DNA from: Acidobacteriota bacterium
Lineage (GTDB): Bacteria > Acidobacteriota > UBA6911 > RPQK01 > JAJDTT01
Direction of reading: 5' to 3'
Assembly (NCBI GenBank): GCA_965263035.1
Contig: OZ253580.1
Location: forward strand, 5,120,001-5,184,000
DNA: 64,000 nt
Of the stretch, positions 56,338 through 64,000 are shown piece after piece (position 1 is the stretch's first letter; every line of letters begins with the position of its first letter). Under the pieces are notes generated by a model. The model was not told the DNA's origin, searched no databases, and was given only the letters and a program-made list of their open reading frames with translations. A program made the translations under genes and the position numbers.

Positions 56338-58633
56338 GTCAAAGGGGGTCTTCGCCGGCCTCTCGTCGCTCAAATCACTTTCCGTGGGAGGTAATCGGCT
56401 GGATCATCTGCCCGCTGGGGTCTTCGCCGACCTCCTCTCACTGGAAGATCTCGTTTTGTGGTTCAATCAACTTACACGTCTACCGGTTGGGGTCTTTTCG
56501 GGTCTTTCCACACTCAAAACACTCCGCGTGTCTGTCAATCAGTTGACCCATCTGCCGCCAGGTGTCTTTGCCGGCCTCGCCTCGCTTGCAGAACTTTCAC
56601 TGAGCCACAATCAGTTGACCCATCTACCGGCTGGGATCTTCGCCGGCCTCTCTTCACTCCGACACCTCAGCCTGTATGACAATCCCTTGACCCATCTGCC
56701 AGCCGGAATCTTCTTCGGCCTTTCCAATCTGATAGAAGTGCGAGCAGGTGGCGGCTCCAAGCCGCCATTGCCCATTCATGTTTCACTGGAGTCGGCCGGA
56801 CGAGGCCAGTTTAAAGCCAGGGCTCACACCGGAGCGCCCTTTGATATCGGCTTGACGGTCACTGTTGTCAACGGCGTCATCAGCGCTGGTCCAAACAGCA
56901 TCACCATTCCCACGGGGAGCATGGAAAGCTCCGTCTTCGAGGTTTCCCGCCGGCCGGGAACAGCCACGGCCGTAACCGTGGATATTGCAAGCTTGCCCAT
57001 TATCACCAATCACCCAAGATTTCCGGGCCTCGAACTGGTCAGGTCTCCTGATTTGCCGCTGATAGTTTTCGAACCTTTATTCGATTCGATCTTTGATTTG
57101 ACCTTTGCGCATTTCGGGAACGGACCATCGATCCGGTCCGATCTGGTGTTGGTGAATGTGGGCTCGAATCCGATCCGTCCCATCATCTACTTCTTCGACC
57201 GTGGCGGAAATCTCCTCGACGGAGGTTGGTTGGTGGAAATGACGGAAAACTTGATGGTCCGAGGGGACGGATCGTTGAGTGTGAACACAAAGATGGCGCC
57301 TTTTGAAGAACTCCTGATCTCAACCCACCATCGAAAGGTGACGGTCACCGGGTCGGTACGCGTGGTGGCCGACGGGCCGATCGGCGGAGGATTACGTTTC
57401 GACGTTTCGGACGTGGGGGTCGCCGGAGTAGGAGCAAGCTTTTCCGTTCAAGGCGCACTCTTCCCGGTTCGCAGCCAAGCGGGAGGGATCCGTACGGCGA
57501 TCGCGATTCGCAATCTAGAAGCGGAGTGGATGAAGGTAAGTTGCTCTCTGATGAAGGGAAGTTCCGTATTGGAAGAGGCGGACATCTCTCTGGCAGGTGA
57601 CGGGCAGGCGGCCCGGTTCATGGACGAGATGTTCACCGAGACGGACACCTCCAACTTCGTGGGATTGGTGTCCTGCACTGCACCGGGGACGAAACGATTC
57701 ACGGGAGCAGCGGTAGAAATGGATGTCGAAAATCAGATCTTCACGACCTTGCCGGTAGTGGCGACAGAACTAGCAAGCCGGAATGAGTCTTCGGTCCTGA
57801 ATTTTCCCCATTTCGGGAATGGGGACTCCATTCGATCCGAGTTGGTGTTGGTGAACGGCAACACTGCGGGAGTCCGGCCTTCCGTCTATTTTTTCGATCA
57901 CGAGGGTGAGCCTATTGCTCCGGAGTTGGTCATAGATGTGGAGGGGGACTTGGAAGTTAGAGAAAATGGCGCCTTGAGCGTTCTGGCGGGGATGTCCCCT
58001 CTGAGTCAGATTACGATCTCGACCCATGGGCGAGGGGAACTGGTCACCGGATCGGCGCGCGTGGTGGCAGACAGTCCCATCGGTGGGGGACTCCGATATG
58101 ACATTCCAGGCGTAGGCGTGACCGGAGTGGGAGCCGGTGAACCAGTCCGCGAAGCTATGTTTCCAGTCCGGCGCCAGCTTGGTGGCGTCACCACCGGCGT
58201 GGCGATCCTTAACCTGGAAGCGGACTCGATGACGGTGTCCTGTCAACTAATGCGAAAGGGCAGCGTATTGGAAGAGAAGAAAATCCCACTGGCAGGCCGT
58301 GGACAGACGGCCCGATTCATTGATGAATTGTTTGCCAGGACCGACACATCCGACTTCGTGGGATCCGTGCGCTGCACCACGCCAGACGGCGGGAAGTTCA
58401 CGGGAGTTGCGCTGGAGATGGACGTCGACAACCGCATCGTCACGACCTTGCCCGTGGTGCCGATTCTACAATGACTAGTCGGCGATAACCCACGAACCAC
58501 ACCCTTTCCTGGAACCTGCCCAGATCGACTGAGGGCGACGATCCTCGGGGTAACGTTTGTTAACTGAAATTTACGCAAGGGAGGGCAGGGACCGGGAGAA
58601 GGGGACAGTTACCTTTTCTAAAGCTCTGGCACT

Positions 58634-58936
58634 CTACCTGAGAACGGTGTCAAGAGGTTGAATATGCGAGACATCGATCATTGCGCCTGCCTGGGCAAGA
58701 TCGTAGCTCATCTGCATATTCATCCAGTAATGCGGCGTTGTCTTGAAGGCTTTCGCCAGTCGGAATGCAGTATCCGGTGTTACCGACGTCTGGCATTTTA
58801 CGATGCGTTCTATACGCGTTCGTGGCACGCCCAATTTCTTTGCCAAGGCCCCGGCGCTCATCTCGAGCGGCTTAAGGTACAGCTCGTCCAAGACTTCACC
58901 AGGATGCATCGCTACAAGGATATCAGCCATTTCCAT
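58634..58936 (-). CDS. higA: HigA-family antitoxin (no adjacent cognate toxin)
   Basis: HPGEVL.E.YL.PL, LA..LGV.RTRI, TA.RLAKAF.TT..YWMN.Q. Confidence 0.85.
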   Translation of the reverse strand: MEMADILVAMHPGEVLDELYLKPLEMSAGALAKKLGVPRTRIERIVKCQTSVTPDTAFRLAKAFKTTPHYWMNMQMSYDLAQAGAMIDVSHIQPLDTVLR

Positions 58937-59000
58937 CGGTCCTCATGAGGAGAAGGGGACAGTCACCTTCTCTCTTATGCCCCCTGCTCTGCTGGAGCGG

Positions 59001-59345
59001 CTATGCTTCAACGCCGAGCCGTCCGGGTCGCTCCGAGTGCGACTCGCGAATAACGATGTGTACATCGCGCCCCAGAGCCGTCAGGAGGCGCAGAAGCCGT
59101 TCCATGGAGTACTCTCGGAAGCTGCCCCGCAGCAGGCGCGACACATCGGGTTGAGACAGCCCGAGCAGCTTTGCTGCGTCGACCTGCTTGAGGCGGCGCT
59201 CTCGAATGATCTTGTCGATCTGCGTGACCAGCTTGGCCTTGAGCAGATGCGCGTCGGCATTCGGGAGTCCCAGGTCAGCGAATATGTTTCCGCTGCCGCG
59301 TTCAATCTTCACGTTGTCGGTCTTCATCGTTTTACCCTCTGCCAA
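59001..59345 (-). CDS. XRE/HTH antitoxin
   Basis: GSGNIFADLG, Q..AA.LLGL.QP.VS.L.RG, LG.DV.I. Confidence 0.85.
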   Translation of the reverse strand: MAEGKTMKTDNVKIERGSGNIFADLGLPNADAHLLKAKLVTQIDKIIRERRLKQVDAAKLLGLSQPDVSRLLRGSFREYSMERLLRLLTALGRDVHIVIRESHSERPGRLGVEA

Positions 59346-59700
59346 AGTTCTCGCGGTAGTGTTGCTCCGCCGCTTTCAGCCTCCGCCTGATCAGGTCGAT
59401 CTCCGGCTTCGGAGTCGCGATGCCCTGCTTGGCCTTCTTCTGGAAGGCATGTAGCACGTAGACGGCGGACCTGAACCGGACCGTATACACGGCCCGAAAG
59501 GCGTCGCCATCATGACGCGAGACCACTTCCAGGACGTTGCTGCCCAAGCCTCTGAGCGGCTTGACGTCCCGGTGTCTGAGACCAACCTGAGCTTGATAGA
59601 GCGCATAGCCGACTACGCGTCGCACGGACTCCGGAAACGTCTTCAGGTCCGCCTTGCTGGAGCCAATCCATTCAACAGGTCTCGGCAGGTCCGCGGCCAT
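59332..59700 (-). CDS. RelE/ParE (Gp49-like) toxin
   Basis: W.GSSK.DL..FP, GY.L...Q.G, FRAVY, YVLHAFQKK. Confidence 0.9.
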   Translation of the reverse strand: MAADLPRPVEWIGSSKADLKTFPESVRRVVGYALYQAQVGLRHRDVKPLRGLGSNVLEVVSRHDGDAFRAVYTVRFRSAVYVLHAFQKKAKQGIATPKPEIDLIRRRLKAAEQHYRENFGRG

Positions 59701-60075
59701 GTCCTATTATGGTGGTTCCGCCATATCCACGCAACCTGATTCTTGACATGCAGGCCTGCCAGTGGTTCCTGTTGTTGCTCGAGCGGAACGCGCCAAACCC
59801 TCCCGACATCTGCTCCCACGCGCCGGCAATTGACCGCTGAAGACCATCGAGGGGTTGGCCCAAGCGGAGACCGGCGCCTGGACCTAAACCTATTTCGACG
59901 CAGCGTTCCTCACCCAGATCGAGCGACAGGTCCTGTAGGCGGACCTTGCCGGCGAGATCACCGCGTTCGTTTTCAAGGACGACAGGGAAGAGTTCAACGT
60001 GACGGAGAGTCGGGGAGAAGGGGATACCTACCTTCTCTCTCCTGTAATATTAAATGTACTCAAAAGAGGATTCTC

Positions 60076-60306
60076 ATGGCCCCGGTTTCACCGCGCTTGC
60101 CCGATGACTTATCTCAGCGCCTGCAACGGTTGGCCGACCTTACGGGGCGGAACAAGACCTTCTACATGATCGAGGCAATTCGGGAGCATCTGGACGACCT
60201 TGATGATTTGTATGTTGCTGAGCAACGGCTGGTCACCCTTCGATCCAGGGAGTCTCGGACCGTGCCGCTGGTCGAGGTGATGCGGCGTTATCGGTTGGAC
60301 GACTGA
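60076..60306 (+). CDS. RelB-like ribbon-helix-helix antitoxin (orphan)
   Basis: RL..LA..TGR.KTFY..EAI..HLDDL.D.Y.A; no toxin follows. Confidence 0.75.
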   Translation: MAPVSPRLPDDLSQRLQRLADLTGRNKTFYMIEAIREHLDDLDDLYVAEQRLVTLRSRESRTVPLVEVMRRYRLDD

Positions 60307-60456
60307 ATCGGATAAGAAACGCGGGGATGGGACAGTCTTGTTCCCCTCTTCGTCGTCTCTTCGCCGTCCCAAAGAGTCGGGCTGGTCGTAAGCGTAGAGG
60401 GGGGACTAATCGTCCCCCCTAACCCCCCCTAATCGGCGACAAGAAAGTCGCCGCTC

Positions 60457-60576
60457 GTGCGCCCGACATGGGCTGTATCTAAGGGATGAAAGATCCCAAG
60501 GGAGGTGATGGGACCAACCCTAGCCGAACCGCAAGGCGTAGCCGCGAGGTGAAGCTGAAGGAAGCGGAAGGCAAAC
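60457..60576 (+). ncRNA. Group IIC intron, 5' part of domain I, interrupted by IS21
   Basis: GTGCGCCCGACATGGG...GGGATGAAAGATCCC...TAGCCGAACCGCAAGG...CTGAAGGAAGCGGAAGGCAAAC closely follows the IIC pattern (as I recall it for the O. iheyensis intron); begins just after a hairpin. Confidence 0.75.
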
Positions 60577-61163
60577 TGTCAATGGCCATTGAAAATTGCA
60601 CACATCGCGGGAGCCCCCGTGAAGGGAGCGGAGCGACCGCCACGGGGGCTCCCGCGGTCGGACCTGATCCCCTCATGCCTCCCTCCTTCCCGCTCCGGAT
60701 TCCTGTGCGCTGACCGCTCGGGCGGCGGTCGGATGGATCGCCCTGGAGAGCTCGGCGTGGCGGCGCAGCCGGTAGCTGTTGCCCCGGATGTTGACGATGT
60801 GGCAGCGGTGCAGGATGCGGTCCAGAAGCGCTGCCGCCATCACTTCGTCTCCCAGGATCTGGCCCCATTCCTCGAAGCCCTTGTTCGAGGTCAACACCGT
60901 CGAGGCCCGCTCGTAGCGCCGGTTCACCAGTTGGAAGAACAGAACCGCTCCGCTCTGGCCGACCGGAAGGTAGCCGATCTCATCCACCACCAGGAGCGCC
61001 GGATAGGTCAGGGTCTTGAGACGGTGGTTGAGCCGGCCCGCCGCCTTCGCTTCCTCCAAGGAGTCGATGAGGTCCACCAACGTCCCGTAGTAGACACGAC
61101 GGCCGCTCTCGGCCGCCGCGATCGCCAAGCTGATGGCCAGATGGGTCTTCCCCACTCCGGGCG

Positions 61164-61628
61164 AACCCACGACACAATGCTCACATTGCGACCTCCGTTA
61201 GAATCCATTACCCCTTTCACCCCTTAGCCGGACGAGACCTTGAACTGGCCGAGCCTCCTCGTCACGGCCAGTGTGGGGAGTGGTTCACCTGCCGGCTACC
61301 GGACAGTACTCACGCGAAGATCCCACGCTGGATGTGCCGGCCCGAAGCTGCGGCAGTGGGTCGGGTCGACGACCAGCCGCGATGCAGCGTCGGCGCCTTG
61401 CAAGAACTTCTGGACCTGATCGAGACGTTCGGGTCGAAGTCGGATTGTCAGACCACCCGGGGCAACGTTGCCCCCGGAGGACGGCATGAAGCAAAAGGAG
61501 TTCGCGTTTGCAACCCCCAACCAGCCCGAGTGGGACCAGCTACCCCCTTCGACCAGGAAGCAACTGCTGCGGCTGATGGCTCAGCTGCTGGAGCAGGCTT
61601 GGCGAGGGCAAAAGGAGGACGCCGATGA
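61164..61628 (+). CDS. HPFHPL/P.WM-motif accessory protein lacking its start in the integrated state
   Basis: Open frame NPRHNAH...IHYPFHPLAG...IPRWM...ALQELLDL; the in-frame ATG is at 63724, across the junction. Confidence 0.6.
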   Translation, partial: NPRHNAHIATSVRIHYPFHPLAGRDLELAEPPRHGQCGEWFTCRLPDSTHAKIPRWMCRPEAAAVGRVDDQPRCSVGALQELLDLIETFGSKSDCQTTRGNVAPGGRHEAKGVRVCNPQPARVGPATPFDQEATAAADGSAAGAGLARAKGGRR

Positions 61629-61644
61629 GAGGAAAGATCACTGA
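61486..61644 (+). CDS. 52-aa accessory peptide of the recombinase element
   Basis: RBS GGAGG; PEWDQLPPSTRKQLLRLMAQLL. Confidence 0.55.
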   Translation: MKQKEFAFATPNQPEWDQLPPSTRKQLLRLMAQLLEQAWRGQKEDADERKDH

Positions 61645-63709
61645 GGATCACCTGAGACGCCAAGCCTACGTCTACGTGCGCCAGTCGAGCCTGCGGCAGG
61701 TTCGTTACCACCAGGAGAGTGGCCGGGTGCAATACCGGCTGGCGGCCAAAGCCGAAGAACTCGGATGGAACCAAGTCGAGGTGATCGACGAGGATCAGGG
61801 GCGTTCGGGGGCCACTACGGTCGATCGGGTGGGCTTTCAACGCTTGTCCGCCGAGGTCAGCCTGGGACGGTGCGGGGCCATCTTCAGTCTGGATGCCTCT
61901 CGACTGGCTCGCAACAATGCCGACTGGTACCGATTGCTGGACCTGTGCTCGCTGACGCGGACCCTGATCGTCGACAGCGAGGCCGTGTACGATCCGCGTC
62001 TCAGCAACGACCGACTGCTTCTCGGGTTGAAGGGAACGATGAGCGAGGCAGAGTTGAGCCTGCTCCGGCAGCGTGCCCAACAGGGACTGCTCAGCAAAGC
62101 GGCTCGCGGAGAACTGTACACCTCATTGCCAGTGGGGTTCGTTCTGAACCCGAACGGATGTTTGGAGAAGGATCCGGACCGCCGGGTGCAGGAAAGCATT
62201 CAGGGGGTGTTTGCTAAATTCTCCGAGACGGGCAGTGCCCGGCAGACTCTTCTGTGGTATCGGCAGGAAGGGATCCGGTTGCCCGTGAGACGACACACCG
62301 CTTGGGGTTGGGAGACGGTGTGGAAGCGGCCCGTCTACAGCAGCGTGCTGAGGGTCTTGAAGAACCCCCTGTACGCGGGGGCCTATGCTTGGGGGCGCAC
62401 CTGGACCGAGACCTACTTGAAGGACGGTCAAGCTCGCAAACGGATTCGGTCCCGGGCCCACCCGGAACAGTGGACGGTCTGGCTCAAGGAGCATCACCCG
62501 GGCTACATCGACTGGACGAGCTTTGAAGCGAATCAACGCCTCTTGGCCGACAACGCACAGATGCGAGGCAAAATGGCGAAGGGAGCCGTTCGTTCGGGAA
62601 AGAGTTTGCTGGCGGGTCTGCTGCTGTGTGGGCACTGCGGTCGCCGGCTGCACGTGGCCTACAGTGGAGTTGGGGGACGAGTCCCCCGCTACCATTGCCG
62701 AGGGGCGCGGATCAACCACGGCGTCGCGGGTTGCATCTCGTTTGGCGGACGCAGGGTCGACCAAGCCGTGGGGCGCGAGATCGTGCGAGTGGTTTCCCCA
62801 GGCGCGATCGAGGCGGCTCTGCGAGTGCAAGAGGAAGCCACCGAGCGAGACCGGTTGAAACGAGAACTCCTGGAGCGCGAACTCGAGCAGTTGCGCTACC
62901 AGGCAAGACGGGCTGAGCGACAGTACGATGCAGTCGACCCGGAGAACCGGCTGGTAGCCTCGACGCTGGAGCGGAAGTGGAACGAAGCCCTGAACAGTGT
63001 GCGCCAAGTGCAGTCCCGTCTGGAGCAGATCGGGCAGAAGCGGTCGAGTTCGCCGGGACCGCAGCGAGTGGAACTGCTCCGGCTAGCCGAGCGGTTTCCA
63101 GCGCTCTGGTCCGATGCCGTCACCGACAATCGGATCAAGAAGCGGATCGCACGCACGTTGATTGAAGAGATCATTGCGAGCGTGGATCAGGGTAGGCGGG
63201 AGGTGGAGTTGATCATCCGCTGGCGCGGGGGCAAACACACGCGGCTGCAGGTACGAAAGAACGCCACCGGTCGCCATCGCTACCGCACCGAGGAGGACGT
63301 GGTGAAGTTGGTTCGCCAGTTGGCCCGGCAGGTGAGTGACGATCAGATTGCCCGGATCCTGAACCGAATGGGCAAGAAGACGGGACGAGGGCACAGCTGG
63401 AACAAGACTCGTGTTCGCAGCTTGCGCAACTATCGGCGCATCCCAGCCTTCTCGCAACGCCCTCACGAATTCTGCAACATGCAAGAAGCGGCTTCGCAAC
63501 TGGGAATCAGCCCCAGTTCCGTACGCAAGCTGGTTGCCCGCAAACTCCTGCCAGCACGGCAGGTGGTGGCCACGGCCCCCTGGCAGATTCGGCACTCGGA
63601 CTTGGGATCTGAAGCAGTCCAACGAGCCGCCGAGGCCATTCGAAGCGGCAGAAGAGTTCCGCGAGGTACCAACGCGTCACAGTTAAGTCTCATGACATCA
63701 ACGATGTAG
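61625..63709 (+). CDS. Large serine recombinase with zinc ribbon, coiled coil and C-terminal HTH
   Basis: AYVYVRQSS, SRLARN, LKNPLYAGAY, LLAGLLLCGHCG...YHC, EAASQLGIS.SSVRKL. Confidence 0.95.
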   Translation: MRGKITEDHLRRQAYVYVRQSSLRQVRYHQESGRVQYRLAAKAEELGWNQVEVIDEDQGRSGATTVDRVGFQRLSAEVSLGRCGAIFSLDASRLARNNADWYRLLDLCSLTRTLIVDSEAVYDPRLSNDRLLLGLKGTMSEAELSLLRQRAQQGLLSKAARGELYTSLPVGFVLNPNGCLEKDPDRRVQESIQGVFAKFSETGSARQTLLWYRQEGIRLPVRRHTAWGWETVWKRPVYSSVLRVLKNPLYAGAYAWGRTWTETYLKDGQARKRIRSRAHPEQWTVWLKEHHPGYIDWTSFEANQRLLADNAQMRGKMAKGAVRSGKSLLAGLLLCGHCGRRLHVAYSGVGGRVPRYHCRGARINHGVAGCISFGGRRVDQAVGREIVRVVSPGAIEAALRVQEEATERDRLKRELLERELEQLRYQARRAERQYDAVDPENRLVASTLERKWNEALNSVRQVQSRLEQIGQKRSSSPGPQRVELLRLAERFPALWSDAVTDNRIKKRIARTLIEEIIASVDQGRREVELIIRWRGGKHTRLQVRKNATGRHRYRTEEDVVKLVRQLARQVSDDQIARILNRMGKKTGRGHSWNKTRVRSLRNYRRIPAFSQRPHEFCNMQEAASQLGISPSSVRKLVARKLLPARQVVATAPWQIRHSDLGSEAVQRAAEAIRSGRRVPRGTNASQLSLMTSTM

Positions 63710-64000
63710 AAAGGTGGTGCAGTATGTCACCGGATCGGGCGGACCCAGGAAGACGATGTTTTCCCTTCGCTCCACGAAGCCCAGCTCGTGCAGCGAGTCG
63801 ATCTGCTCCCGTTTGATCGATGGCTGGAAGCTGAAGTCGAACTCCGCCAGCGTCTTGATCGCCGGCAGTCGGCTGGAACGCATGGCCGCCTCCAGCCGCC
63901 GGCTGTTGCGCAGGGCGATCTGGGCCGCCAGGAGCCGTTCGATGGCTTCCGAAGCGGTGGTCCCTCCGCCGTCCACCCCGGAGAGCACGCCGTCGAGGGC

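Larger units (their letters stand above)
53768..58474 (+). pseudogene. Secreted leucine-rich-repeat protein interrupted by IS1380
   Basis: 24-aa LRRs (LPxGxFxGLSSLxxLxLxxNxL) on both sides; removing the IS and one GTCAA restores LSTLSKGVFAGLSSL; duplicated C-terminal F.HFGNG.SIRS.LVLVN domain. Confidence 0.85.
58595..60345. repeat. GGAGAAGGGGACAGTYACCTTYTCT repeat family, 3-4 copies
   Basis: Copies at 58595-58619, 58949-58973 and 60014-60038; degenerate copy near 60322-60345. Confidence 0.6.
61158..63741 (+). mobile_element. 2.58-kb large serine recombinase element
   Basis: CGGGCG core duplicated at 61158-61163 and 63736-63741; removal restores istB LGPPGVGKT. Confidence 0.9.
60577..64000 (-). 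mobile_element. IS21-family element (one end and istB; continues beyond the window)
   Basis: TGT-starting end TGTCAATGGCCATTGAAAATTGCACA downstream of istB. Confidence 0.85.
60673..64000 (-). pseudogene. istB: IS21 helper ATPase IstB, split at its Walker A motif
   Basis: 63741-64000 encodes KTL.EFDFSFQPS...ENIVFLGPP; 60673-61163 encodes GVGKTHLA...LVVDEIGY...TSN...LDRILH...G.SYR. Confidence 0.9.

Noticed and set aside
1-64000. tRNA, rRNA, CRISPR arrays, reverse transcriptase genes
   Set aside because: None recognised by eye; the intron RT, if present, lies outside the window.

Overview
GC-rich bacterial chromosome segment. The gene content (DUF1501, sulfatase, FG-GAP/VCBS and beta-propeller hydrolases, BlaI/BlaR1-TonB, a eukaryote-like LRR surface protein) suggests an Acidobacteria-like, possibly sponge-associated organism; this is inference. 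The main feature is a lower-GC integrated element of about 12.2 kb (17156-29387; about 10.5 kb without its IS1380) that splits a glycoside hydrolase gene. It encodes a Cre-like tyrosine recombinase flanked by 34-bp lox-like sites and an HK97-type head/packaging module, but no recognisable tail, replication or repressor genes. Its right end carries a promoter-led run of about 9 hairpins (about 410 nt, many strand-specific G-U pairs) and an outward sigma70 promoter that would drive the integrase only after circularisation. The right end of the window is a nest of elements: a REP hairpin holds a group IIC intron 5' end, interrupted by IS21, whose istB is interrupted by a 2.6-kb large serine recombinase element whose first gene is completed only across the circle junction. 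Also present: a 158-bp MITE (one copy in frame in a sialidase-like gene), a DUF262+HEPN pair, orphan antitoxins between repeats, TGT-N10-ACA palindrome arrays and two IS1380 copies. All family assignments come from reading motifs by eye; no database searches were run.
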